Source of the DNA: Longimicrobiales bacterium
GTDB taxonomy: Bacteria > Gemmatimonadota > Gemmatimonadetes > Longimicrobiales > Gaopeijiaceae
DNA: 64,000 nt
Reading direction: 5' to 3'
NCBI GenBank assembly: GCA_965219445.1
Contig: CBDCNQ010000002.1
Coordinates: 160,001-224,000 of the forward strand
Shown here: one piece after another, positions 21,297 through 31,148 of the stretch
Position numbering within the stretch: the stretch's first letter is position 1
Layout of the letters: each line of letters begins with the position of its first letter
Position numbers and translations under genes: made by a program
The notes under the pieces: model-generated
Seen by the model: only the letters and a program-made list of their open reading frames with translations
Databases searched by the model: none
What the model was told of the DNA's origin: nothing

Positions 21297-21430
21297 TGGA
21301 CCAGATTCGGGGGGCGGTGCAACAGGTGCTGGGACTAACATAGGATGTGGTACCGCTCTTGGGGGCAGGTCAGTCGCGGAAGCCCATATTTCGGGGGGTA
21401 GCCGAACAGATGGCACAAAAGGAAATCACG

Positions 21431-22336
21431 ATGAAACTCAGAACAACCGTGCTCCTCGCCGCATTGCTCGCCACAGCAGGGTGCGGAGGCGACGACGACA
21501 GCAGCGGGCTGCTGTCGCCCACCGCCCCGTCCCTGGTAACCGGGGTCGCAGCCCAGAACGACGCTGGACGTCAGAGCGACCCGCAGGTCGGCGCAACCAG
21601 CCTGATGGATGGTATGCGGGCCGCGATGGCGCCGGCAACCACCATCGACTTCTCCAGCGTGACATGGAGCTGGAACTCGGCAGAGACCCACCTGGAGCCG
21701 TCCAACATCCCGGATTCCAGGGTGCAGGCGGGGTCCAACGTCTGGCAGCGAGACGACGACACCGGGCTGATCCGGATCTTCAGCGACGAGGATCTCGGCG
21801 GCTGGACCTTCGTGACCGCCGGGTCCAGCTGGCCTCTGAGCACGCGGAGGCCAGGGCTGTACGTGTCGAACATCTCCGCCGCCGATGTCGAGCTGATCGC
21901 CTCCGGAGGCGGTGGCAGCGGCGGAAACGGGCCTCGGGGAGAGCCCAGGAACGAACCTGGGAACAGACCTCGTGCGGCGTGCACACTGGTCTACAACTAC
22001 CACGATTCGAGCGCGTACGACGGGCCGCTCGGCCACTATGTGTACGCGACTGACGGGGCGGGTTACACGCCATCAACGGCACAGGCCGGCTACATTGGAG
22101 CCTTCATCCACCTCGATCTATCAGGGGACTGCTCCGGCGGAAGCTCGGCCGATCGCACGGCTCTGTATAGTCTGGCGAAGCCAAACTCGTTCAGCTATCT
22201 CCGCTACGATCACTATGCGGAGTGGTCTCCCGGCGGGTCAGGCTCATGGCTGCAAAATGTAGAGGACTACGGCGCAATTCAAGGACGCCACTACTACTAC
22301 ATCGGTCAGGCGATGGCGAACTTGTCGACCCTGTAA
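21431..22336 (+). CDS. Hypothetical lipoprotein
   Basis: MKLR..LLAALLATAGC lipobox; Gly-rich linker. Confidence 0.6.
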   Translation: MKLRTTVLLAALLATAGCGGDDDSSGLLSPTAPSLVTGVAAQNDAGRQSDPQVGATSLMDGMRAAMAPATTIDFSSVTWSWNSAETHLEPSNIPDSRVQAGSNVWQRDDDTGLIRIFSDEDLGGWTFVTAGSSWPLSTRRPGLYVSNISAADVELIASGGGGSGGNGPRGEPRNEPGNRPRAACTLVYNYHDSSAYDGPLGHYVYATDGAGYTPSTAQAGYIGAFIHLDLSGDCSGGSSADRTALYSLAKPNSFSYLRYDHYAEWSPGGSGSWLQNVEDYGAIQGRHYYYIGQAMANLSTL

Positions 22337-22341
22337 CCAAG

Positions 22342-23020
22342 ATGTGGGTCCGTGTGATACTTTTTGGGACAAACGGCGGGACACAGAAACGAGGGCGGAT
22401 CGGATGGGCCGGGTCTGCCGCGGGGATGCCGGACATCACCATAACCTGGAACGGACTTGACTCACAGCTCATCCCGCCACGGCCGCCGCGCCCCACTCCA
22501 CGCGTGGAGTGCGTAGAAGGCTGCGTCGTCCAGCAAGGGCGGCGAGCTGGAACTCAGGCTCGTGCTGGACGAGCCTCTGATCCCCGGTTTACCCAAACTG
22601 CTCCGACCCAGATTCGACCCCCCGGCCATCTTCAGAGAGGTGACGGGGCGCACGCAGAGAGATGACTGGCGGGAGTGCGGAATAGGCCAGACCGACCGTG
22701 CCGAGTGCCTCTGGCGTGTCAAGCAGACCTCCGGCCCGGGGTCACTACTCGGCGGATCGTCGTACTCGTTCCTCTGGAAAGCACCGAGAGATCCAGGCTC
22801 GCACAAAATCAAAATCGGGTACGAGTACAAGGCCTGGGGTAGCTTCAAGGAATGGGGCTACAGAGATACCGCCTTCGAGGGCGTCGACGTGACGGTCACC
22901 GTGCCACCACCTCGGGCGGACAGAGGCCCGGTGACGACGCCGCTGGTGTGTGCCCCTCTGATCCCACCGGACACCGGATGGCCCTGCTCCGTGAAGATCA
23001 ACGCAGAGGACGAGAAGGGA
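22342..23020 (+). pseudogene. Frameshifted fragment of a beta-rich surface protein
   Basis: Two overlapping frames with Ig/PKD-like character (WKAP..PG..KI.IGY); fused to an unrelated fragment. Confidence 0.3.
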
Positions 23021-23370
23021 CGACCCTCATCAAGCTGCACCGAGGCCGTCCCAAGATCTCGTACCTGTCCTATCCCGATTTCGACGAAGTGGCTCACCCA
23101 ACACTTGCGTTCTCCGTAGTTGTCCGGCTGGACACCATGGTGGCGACATTCCATGACTTCTCCAGGCGAGGCAACCCTCCGATCCTCCACAGGAAAGAGG
23201 CTTTCGTACCGGCAGACTATCCCTGTCGTGAGCGCTTCGCTCGATTGACGCGGCAGGAGGAAAAGCGTGGCCTACTCAATCGGGGAGAGATCGGTACGCT
23301 GCGCGGGTGGCATGAGCTCCTCGAGGCAGAGGGCTTGAGGGTGGCCGGGCATGTCCTGCGGCGGCAGTAA
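23020..23370 (+). pseudogene. C-terminal fragment of DNA phosphorothioation-associated putative methyltransferase
   Basis: LIKLH..PKISYLSYPDFD..AHPTL, NPPILHRKE.FV..DYP...FARLT.QEE. Confidence 0.75.
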
Positions 23371-23608
23371 TGGCTGACCGGGCTCCAGTCGAAGTCGATG
23401 TGCGGAGCGTAACAGGCCCAAGGTGGTGAGATACGGTGTGTGTGGTACTTGGCCAGGTCCGAGTGGACCTGACGTCGTGGTGTCTGGATATGGGGGTTGG
23501 CCCCGGGGATGCCCTTGGCAGGGATGGCCTGGACTTGTCGGTTGTCCTTGATTATCTAATGAATGTAAGGCATTAGTGGGTTTTGGGGGGAATTCTTTGG
23601 AGGACACC

Positions 23609-23842
23609 GTGATCGAATCCGCTATCACGTCGAAGGGGCAAACGACATTGCCCAAGCCCGTACGGGAAGCGCTCGGCATACGGCCTGGGGACCGAGTGCG
23701 TTACGTAATTCTGGACCATGAGGTTCGAATCATCCCGGTGCGGCCCGTTCGTCGCCTGTATGGCGCATTCCAGTATGACGGTCCGCCTGTGACGCTGCAG
23801 GACATGGAGCGCGCCGTCACCGAGGGAGCGGTCGGGGAGTGA
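23609..23842 (+). CDS. AbrB/MazE-like antitoxin
   Basis: ITSKGQTTLPK.VREALGI.PGD. Confidence 0.9.
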   Translation: MIESAITSKGQTTLPKPVREALGIRPGDRVRYVILDHEVRIIPVRPVRRLYGAFQYDGPPVTLQDMERAVTEGAVGE

Positions 23843-24246
23843 TTGCGCTCGATACGAATGTCCTGGTCCGATATCTGGTGGCCGATGACGCCAAGCAGGC
23901 GGAAGCAGCACGGGTGCTGCTGGCGGGTTTGACAGCTGAGCGGTGCGGCTTTCTGTGCCGCGAGGTGACGGTAGAGCTTGTTTGGGTGCTGGAACGGGCC
24001 TATCGATTCTCCCGTGACCGGATTGCGACCGTGCTCGAGCAACTGGTGGCGACTGAAGAGCTCGAGCTTGAGGCTGTCGATGATATTGCACGCGCAGCCC
24101 GTGGTTACCGTCGAGGCGGAGCTGACTTCTCCGACCTGATGATTGCCGCCGCCGCAAGAAGGTCCGGAGCGCATCCTCTCTACACTTTCGACCGACGAGC
24201 AGCCCAACTTAAGGGAGCAGAACTGGTGAAGGAGCCAAGCTCATGA
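23839..24246 (+). CDS. vapC: PIN-domain toxin
   Basis: MIALDTNVLVRY, E..WVL, DFSD..I, YTFD; overlaps the antitoxin stop. Confidence 0.9.
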   Translation: MIALDTNVLVRYLVADDAKQAEAARVLLAGLTAERCGFLCREVTVELVWVLERAYRFSRDRIATVLEQLVATEELELEAVDDIARAARGYRRGGADFSDLMIAAAARRSGAHPLYTFDRRAAQLKGAELVKEPSS

Positions 24247-24895
24247 GTACAGACTTGGAACACAGCACCGTTGGCACACCTAACCGTGAGGCCGATGATC
24301 GAATGTCAGTTTTATCCACCCTGGCTCATCAGGCTGTGACAGCAGTACCAAAGCTCGTGATTTCAGATCGATTGCGTAAGGCCGCCAAGTACGATCCCTC
24401 AAAGCAATACGAGTTTCGATATCGCGCGAAAGGTCATCGCGACCTTCCCCACGTTGTCAAGTTGTCTGGAGGACGCTCAAGCGGGATGCTCCTGTTCGCG
24501 CTCCTTGAGAACAAGATCCTCGACCCAGACCGAGGAGACGTAATCGTTTTCAACAACACCTCGGCGGAGCACCCGGATACGTACCGCTTCACGCGAGACT
24601 GCAAGGTCGCTTCTAGCCGTTACGGAGTACCGTTTTTCTGGGTTGAATTCCAGACCTATGAGGACGCCCGCAACGGCGAGTGGACCCGCATTCCATCCTA
24701 TCGCCTCGTCAATGACGAGATCAGATCTCCGGACAATCCAGATGGATTTCATTGGCGCGGCGAGGTCTTTGAGGAGTTGCTATCCTGGTCAGGATATATC
24801 CCGAATCAGTTCAGTCGCATCTGCACCAGAAATATGAAACTAGAGGCAACGCGCCTGTTCCTGAAAGACTGGTTGGCATGCAAGGAGTCCATCCC
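24243..24895 (+). pseudogene. PAPS-reductase-like PP-loop protein, 5' part (IS256-interrupted)
   Basis: VVKLSGGRSSG PP-loop, FNNTSAEHPDTY, RICT..MK; ends at TSD TCCATCCC. Confidence 0.8.
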
Positions 24896-24924
24896 GAGGT
24901 TGGGTCAATAGGTGTGTAAATGTT

Positions 24925-26169
24925 TCAGGCGGCGTTTTTCCGCTGTTGGGTTGAGACGGGCTTTCCGTCTTCGAACTTTCTTCCTTCAAATACGTCCTTG
25001 AGGAGGTGAGGAGCGTCGAGCCTTCTGAAGCGCTTCTCCGCCACCAAGAGCAGCTTCCAGATCAGCGCCGTAGCGCTCTCGACCCGCTTGAAGCGCTTCG
25101 CCGCCGTTGTCCTGAGCCGTACTGCGGCAAAGGGGCTCTCGACCACGTTCGTCGTGCGTAGATGCTTCCAGTGGTCCTCGGGGAAGTCGTAGAACGCCAC
25201 CATCCGCTCCCAGTCGTCCTCGAGTACATCCACCGCCTTCGGATACCACGGTCTGTAGCGCCTGGCGAACGCCTCACGGGCCTTCAGCGCCTCGGACCGC
25301 CTCGGTGCGTAGACCACGGTCCTGAGAAGGTCCTTCGCCTCGCTCTGCTCCCGCTGAGGCAGCCGGTCCAGCACGTTCCTCATCTTGTGGTTCCAGCACC
25401 GTTGCTCGCCCGCCTCAGGCCATACCTGCCGTACTGCGCCCCAGATCGCCGCGTTGCCGTCCGCCATCAAAAGCCGGGGCGCCTCGATGCCGCGTGCCTT
25501 CAGATCCCGCAACACCTCGGACCAGGACTCGACCGACTCTCGGTAGCCCGATCTCAGGGCCAACACCTCCTTCGTACCATCTCGCATCGCACCGAGAACC
25601 ACCAGCAGCGCTGCCTTGTCCCGCTCGAGCCCCGCCTTCACGTAGATCCCGTCCGCCCAGACGTAGACGACCTCACGGTCGGCCAGCGAGCGCTTCGACC
25701 ATTCCTCGAATTTCCTTGTCCATCCCGCCCGCAGCCGCCAAATCGAAGACTTCGACAACGGGGCCCCCTCGCCCAGCAGGCCCCGCATCGCCAGCTCGAA
25801 GTCTCCCTCCGCCAGCCCGTGCAGATACAGCTCCGGAAGCAGAGCACCCACCTCCTTCGTCCGTCGTGCGAACAACGGCAACACCCGACTCTCGAACCGC
25901 TCCTCAATGCCTCGAACCCGGGGCCGTCGGAGCATGATCGTGCCCGAGCTCATCGCCAGCCGCCGAGCCTTGCCGTAGCCGTTGCGGTAGCCTGGCGCCG
26001 GGTCTACGACCGTCTTCCGCTCCGACTTCTCCCGGCCGAGCAACTCCGTCACTTCCTCCTCCAGAATCCGCTGGACCATCTCCTGGGCCTTCTCACGAAC
26101 CAGCGCTTCCAAGCACTCCCACGTCGGCGTGCTGGACTCACTCTCGGGTCCCACCATATTCTTCCTCAC
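24925..26169 (-). CDS. IS256 transposase
   Basis: YRNGY, LYLHG, WADGIY, ADG, QRCWNHK, RTTNVVES. Confidence 0.95.
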   Translation of the reverse strand: MRKNMVGPESESSTPTWECLEALVREKAQEMVQRILEEEVTELLGREKSERKTVVDPAPGYRNGYGKARRLAMSSGTIMLRRPRVRGIEERFESRVLPLFARRTKEVGALLPELYLHGLAEGDFELAMRGLLGEGAPLSKSSIWRLRAGWTRKFEEWSKRSLADREVVYVWADGIYVKAGLERDKAALLVVLGAMRDGTKEVLALRSGYRESVESWSEVLRDLKARGIEAPRLLMADGNAAIWGAVRQVWPEAGEQRCWNHKMRNVLDRLPQREQSEAKDLLRTVVYAPRRSEALKAREAFARRYRPWYPKAVDVLEDDWERMVAFYDFPEDHWKHLRTTNVVESPFAAVRLRTTAAKRFKRVESATALIWKLLLVAEKRFRRLDAPHLLKDVFEGRKFEDGKPVSTQQRKNAA

Positions 26170-26439
26170 GAGGCATCGTTCCTTTCCCCCGGGCGCTCAC
26201 CCGGGATTCGCTGGTTAACTTCTTACTACCTAGCGGAAAGGGGTCGCCTCTTTTTTTACACACCCTTCTATGGGGCTGGCGGTCAAGACGCACCTTCCCC
26301 ACGCGCCGTCGGCTCATTTTTTGACCGTCGGCGTCCGCATGGTTTGGATTGCCCGGTCGACGACTCAGGGTGGGGAGGGGTGCGCTCGCAGGGTCCGCAT
26401 CGCAGTCCGGAAGACGTTCACAGCCGTCGCGTTCTCCGC

Positions 26440-26600
26440 TCTGGAGCGGGAACCATCCTTCTATCTGGGACTCTGTGGCCCATCGCTTCGTTCGGCTCTT
26501 CCAGGGGTGCATAGCCTTTGAGTGGGGGCTTGGGCTCTCTGCCCCGGCCCACGGTGTGTATGGATGCTGTCCCCTGTAACCGGTTCGCTTCCGTTTCGTC
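26440..26600 (-). ncRNA. Putative bridge/seek RNA of the IS110 element (boundaries approximate)
   Basis: Stem-flanked internal loop carrying UACACACC and UCAAAGG (match the target) plus AUAGAAGG (matches the donor junction). Confidence 0.75.
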
Positions 26601-26653
26601 GGACCCCATGTTGTGACCGCTTTCGACCCCACGCTCGCCGATCCCAGGCCGGT

Positions 26654-27709
26654 TTACTCCGTCGCTTCCAGTCTCTTGGGGTCGTACGCTTCGCCCGTGC
26701 GCCACACCGCTAGCACGATCGAGGCGAGCTGACGCGCGATCGTCAGCTTCGCCAGATTCGGCTTCGTGCCCCCCTCCAGGAGTCGCTCGTAGTGGCGGTA
26801 CAAGGGTTCGTTTTCGGCCCGACCGATCACCGTCGTCGCTGCGCCCTTGAACACACGCTTCAGCGTGTGGTTGAAGTTCCGATTCAGCCCCCGCGTCTGC
26901 TGTACCGGTTCCCTTACCCACCGCCCACCCGGACCCCGCACCCAGTCCGACGAGCTCCGCATCACGACGCCCAGTCCGCAGTACGCCCAGAACCTGCTCC
27001 GGCTCTGGAACCGGTACGGCGTCACCACCACCGGCAGGAGCTCCGCCGTCCGGATCGGACCCAGACCCGGGCACGTCTTCAGCACATGCCACTCTCGATG
27101 CTTGCGTGCTTCCGCCAGCAACGCCTTCTCGGCCTTCGCCCTCAATGCCACGAGTGCGTCGTGCTCCTCGTACAGCAACCCGGCCGTCGTCCTGCTCGCT
27201 TCCGGCAGCTTGGCCAACCACTCCTCCCGGTCGCGCTTTAAGTAGACCGAGCGCCCCGCGCCGTAGGCCACTCCTCTCGAGCGCAGCACGCTCTTGAGCC
27301 GGTTCTTCACCCGCACCGTGTCGCCGACCAAGAAGTCGTAGCTCTTCGCCCGTTCCCCCAGCCGCCTGAACTGGCCCCGGTTCTTGTAGACCGTCGTCTC
27401 CAGTGATCCGATCCGCAGCTTCTCCGCCAGGGCAAACGCGTCCAGCTTGTCGGTCTTCGGGCCCCGGCTCTTGCCGACCCCCGCCACCGTCAGCTCCTCC
27501 ACGTGCGGCTTCAGCACCTCGTACAGCCACCCCGACAGCGTCCCTTCTTCCAGGCATAAGTGCCGGTTCCTCGGAATCCCTCGCAGCACCTCGATCAGCG
27601 CCCGCGCGTTCGTCTCCACCACCTGCGAGCCCAAGCGCTTGCCGCTGGGGCCTACAATCCCCAGCGTGCAGCTCGACGCGTGTGCGTCGAGTCCGATATA
27701 CCTCTCCAT
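26654..27709 (-). CDS. IS110 DEDD recombinase/transposase
   Basis: YIGLD, LEEG, KTDKLDA, PGLGP, YCGL..RSSS; GAGGAGG RBS. Confidence 0.93.
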   Translation of the reverse strand: MERYIGLDAHASSCTLGIVGPSGKRLGSQVVETNARALIEVLRGIPRNRHLCLEEGTLSGWLYEVLKPHVEELTVAGVGKSRGPKTDKLDAFALAEKLRIGSLETTVYKNRGQFRRLGERAKSYDFLVGDTVRVKNRLKSVLRSRGVAYGAGRSVYLKRDREEWLAKLPEASRTTAGLLYEEHDALVALRAKAEKALLAEARKHREWHVLKTCPGLGPIRTAELLPVVVTPYRFQSRSRFWAYCGLGVVMRSSSDWVRGPGGRWVREPVQQTRGLNRNFNHTLKRVFKGAATTVIGRAENEPLYRHYERLLEGGTKPNLAKLTIARQLASIVLAVWRTGEAYDPKRLEATE

Positions 27710-27884
27710 GGGCATCCTCCTCTTGGGTAGGACGGGTTGGGTTGCTTGCTTGCGCGAATAATGATGAACGCGCACCCGCTCCCGGAGGAGAACGCCTCTT
27801 CGTCTTCGGGCTGCTTCGCTGCTGATCGGTACCGGTAGCGGTCGCCATGCCCCTATGATGCCTTTGATCCTAGCTCTCCATCCC

Positions 27885-28665
27885 CCGGCTAGGCCACTAC
27901 GGGAGTCGTTCTCGGGTCGATATCGCCATGATGTATCAGCGACATCGTCGCAACCGAGGCGGGGTCCCCAAAGAGGTCTTTGCCGAAAAGAGGAAATACG
28001 CACTGACACGTCCTTACGTCCGCTCGGAACAGCGATACCGAGATTTCTCCTCGGTTTGGCGCCCCTTCCATAATGCTGCCCTCGAGGGCAGAGCCTACGG
28101 GGACCAGGCTTGGTTCGGTGACGGAGGCGCCGAGTACCTAGCTTTCGTCGGACTTCGGGCAGACGAGCAACTTCGTGTTAAGCGTGTCGAGGCACGAAAC
28201 GCCGGTCCGGGAGCGTCCGGCTATGAGGGCGAGCATGTATACATGCCCTTAGCCGACATGGCTGTAGCCCGGGACGATGTGAACACGTTCTGGGACCAAC
28301 AAGATTGGGACCTCTCGTTGCCCAAGGCCGGAAGCCTCTCCAACTGCGTCTTCTGCTTTCTTAAGGGTGCCGCCAATCTAAGAGCTGTCCACAACAAAAT
28401 GGAAGAACAGAAGCAACAAGATAATCCCGGATTTGGTTCACTAGTGGGTACACCTTCCGATGTGTCATGGTGGATACGCATGGAACAAACCTATGGCCGA
28501 GACCTAGACGCCGAGGAGAGAGAAATCACAGGGACACCAGAGCACAATTTTCTTGGTTTCTTTGGAGCATCGAGTACCTTTTCCTATGAGTTTCTAGCTC
28601 AGAGTGACGAGTGCGAGATCACGAAATATTCGAGCACACTCCTACCGTGCGACTGTACGGAATGA
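27885..28665 (+). pseudogene. PAPS-reductase-like PP-loop protein, 3' part
   Basis: In frame with the 5' part after IS removal; VGLRADE..R, SNCVFCFLKG, terminal PCDCTE. Confidence 0.8.
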
Positions 28666-28693
28666 CCATCACATACACCCGCTGAGCCGCTAG

Positions 28694-29875
28694 ATGCGAT
28701 TGGTCAGCGACCGGGTAGCCTATCTGGATAACCAGGCGACCACGCCGGTAGACCCCCGAGTCCGCCACGCGATGTTCCCTTTCTTCGATAGTTGTTTTGG
28801 GAATCCGCATTCGAGGGACCATGTGTACGGATGGAACGCCACAGACGCTGTAACTGTGGCACGAGCTCAGGTAGCACAGTTCATCGGTGCAGACGATCAC
28901 GAGATCCTCTTCACGTCGGGAGCTACCGAGTCATGTAACCTAGCGCTACGTGGCATCGCGAGGGCCTCTGACGGTAAACGGAATAAGCTGATCACCGTGG
29001 CGACGGAACATCCTGCCGTTTTGGAAACAGCACTGGACCTGCGACGTCTCGGGTTCGAGGTGGTTGTCCTACCGGTGTCCTCCGAAGGTCTCCTCGATCC
29101 TTCTGACCTCGAGCGGACACTCGACAACCGAACCCTGCTCGTGTCTATCATGGCGGCAAACAACGAGATTGGTGTCCTCCAGGACCTTACTGACATCGCC
29201 CACTTATGCCATGCCAAAGGTGTGCTGTTTCATACCGACGCAACGCAAGCTGCTGGGCGGATTCGTATCGACGTAGGCACATGGGACGTTGACCTCCTTA
29301 GCCTGTCTGCCCACAAGTTCTACGGTCCAAAGGGCGTAGGAGCTCTATTCGTTCGATCCGGTGTATCGCTTGAACCAATGCTGACAGGTGGTGGCCAAGA
29401 GCGTGGGTTACGACCAGGAACAGTGTCACCAGCCCTCACGGTTGGCTTCGGCGAAGCATGCCGTATAGCTGGAGAGGAATGGAGAGACGATACCCGGCGA
29501 ATGTCTGAACTCACGGTACGCCTTAGGCAGGGCCTGCATGCCTTGTGTCCGAACATCCGTATCTTCGGCCATCTGCAACAACGGCTGCCGGGTTCCCTCA
29601 TGGTGGGTTTTCCGGGAATTCCGGCGAGCGAAGTCATTTCTATCGTGTCGGATCGCATAGCGGTGTCTACTGGTTCCGCGTGTGCTTCCGGTACCGCCGA
29701 GGCCTCGAAAGTCCTTCTCGCATTAGGTGTGGCACCGGATATCGCCATGACGGGTGTGAGAGTGAGCTTGGGACGCTTCACGAAGGAATGCGATATCGAG
29801 ACTGCACTCGCTGCCCTGTCTGACATTGCTCCGATTGCCGCCAGGAACCGACCCTACGATGACAAAGTTTCTTGA
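28694..29875 (+). CDS. Cysteine desulfurase (IscS/DndA-like)
   Basis: YLDNQATT, FTSGATES, ANNEIG, HTDATQ, SAHKFYGPKG, STGSACAS. Confidence 0.95.
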   Translation: MRLVSDRVAYLDNQATTPVDPRVRHAMFPFFDSCFGNPHSRDHVYGWNATDAVTVARAQVAQFIGADDHEILFTSGATESCNLALRGIARASDGKRNKLITVATEHPAVLETALDLRRLGFEVVVLPVSSEGLLDPSDLERTLDNRTLLVSIMAANNEIGVLQDLTDIAHLCHAKGVLFHTDATQAAGRIRIDVGTWDVDLLSLSAHKFYGPKGVGALFVRSGVSLEPMLTGGGQERGLRPGTVSPALTVGFGEACRIAGEEWRDDTRRMSELTVRLRQGLHALCPNIRIFGHLQQRLPGSLMVGFPGIPASEVISIVSDRIAVSTGSACASGTAEASKVLLALGVAPDIAMTGVRVSLGRFTKECDIETALAALSDIAPIAARNRPYDDKVS

Positions 29876-30413
29876 CCTTCGATTTGCACCAGGATCTCTG
29901 ACCGGTTTCACTCCGCGCGGTATCGCAGGGTTCGGAGACCTGCGGCCGGCAGCGGTGGTCCGAGAGCTCATTCAGAATTCCCTTGATGCCACCGCCGAAG
30001 CTGGGGAAACATCCGCGATCGTCCGCTTCCGGCTTACTCAAGTGAGAACGGACGATATCCCAGGAATTCGGAGCTACAAGAAAGCTTTTTTTGAAGCAGT
30101 GCAAAGTAATAAACGGAGCAATAATGGCACACTCCCGAGTCAAGCAGCGAGAGTCGTCCAGGTCATCAGGGAGGCACTGGATCGGGACAAGCAAGACGTT
30201 CTCTCTGTACTCGATAACGGTATTGGCTTGAACGAAGCTCGGTTGACTGCTCTGCTGAGTGATGGAATGAGTGTCAAGAGTGACGCGGCTACAGGCACGT
30301 TCGGCAACGGACACTCCGTCGTCATCCCGGCGTCCGACTTCCGCTACGTGCTTTATGGAGGAGTTACCAACTCGTACAAGAAACTTGTGACCTCATCACC
30401 TAAGGCATCGTAA
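29859..30413 (+). pseudogene. GHKL (HATPase_c-like) ATPase protein, apparently 3'-truncated
   Basis: VRELIQNSLDA, DNGIGL, GTFGNG boxes; ends soon after the last box. Confidence 0.7.
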
Positions 30414-31148
30414 TTCTCTTTCGCACGATACAGACGCGTCCAAGTATCAACCAGCTGTTCGGGCACATCATGGATCGTCATGATCAGCGGGGTATCGGAA
30501 GCAACTCGTCCCAAGCCAACACGGTCAACACGACGGGCACTACGACAACCACAGCAACCCCAACCGCCGCTGCCGGCGGGGAGTCGCCTTGTGGACGCTC
30601 ATCGGAACCGCGCATGGTCCTAGGCGCCTCGTCTCGGTGAGTAGGTACTCAGGATCGTGGCACGATACCGAACAGCGTTGCGACTCCACAGAGCTCTGTG
30701 GTCATGGCTACCTGAAAGGTGAACGTGGACCCCCGCTTTTTCAAGCTTCGCGATCAGATAGGTCCAAGAAATCTAGGGCCCCCGATTTCTCTGGACGGTG
30801 GATTTGGCAAGGAGCCGGGGTCCCAAGAAAGAGGGGGTTGCAAATGCTTTCAAAGGCTGGGGAGTCCGAAGTGAACGAAGGTCGCACACGACACCGCCAT
30901 CTATCGGGCTTGCAGGAAGGAGCACCGCCGCCTGCTCGAGCGATCCGGCGAGTGCGCCTCGACGGCGAGCTCAAAAGCACCGTCGCGCGCCGGAGCGAGT
31001 CCGCCCGTGCGCGAGACGGCTGGCGGGCTGCGGAGGCCGGGCGGCACCACGCTGCCCGGCAACTGGAGCTACTCATGGACGCGGAGGGCGGCGTTCTCTT
31101 CCCCGATGCAGCAGATCGAGTACATCGACTCCGACGGGCGGACCGGCG

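Larger units (their letters stand above)
20072..21321 (+). mobile_element. IS3-family element
   Basis: IRs TGCTCCAACCCCCGTTTCCTGGTCCA and (rc) TGCACCGCCCCCCGAATCTGGTCCA with TG...CA ends; no target duplication seen. Confidence 0.9.
26264..27864 (-). mobile_element. IS110-family element (IS1111-like layout)
   Basis: CCTT present at both ends (26264-26267, 27861-27864); imperfect subterminal IRs; long non-coding region downstream of the gene; removal restores the IS256 TIR. Confidence 0.85.
24896..27876 (-). mobile_element. IS256-family element carrying a nested IS110
   Basis: 8-bp TSD TCCATCCC (24888-24895, 27877-27884); TIRs GAGGTTGGGTCAATAGGTGTGTAAA vs reconstituted GAGCTAGGATCAAAGGGTGTGTAAA (20/25 identical). 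Confidence 0.9.

Noticed and set aside
24888..24911. Apparent synonymous recoding of SIPRLG on both sides of the insertion, suggesting a gene-restoring element
   Set aside because: Explained by the 8-bp TSD plus the IS256 TIR, which happens to read RLGQ*
23020..30413. Canonical dndABCDE or sspABCD cluster
   Set aside because: No DndB/D/E or SspB/C motifs recognised; reported instead as a non-canonical candidate
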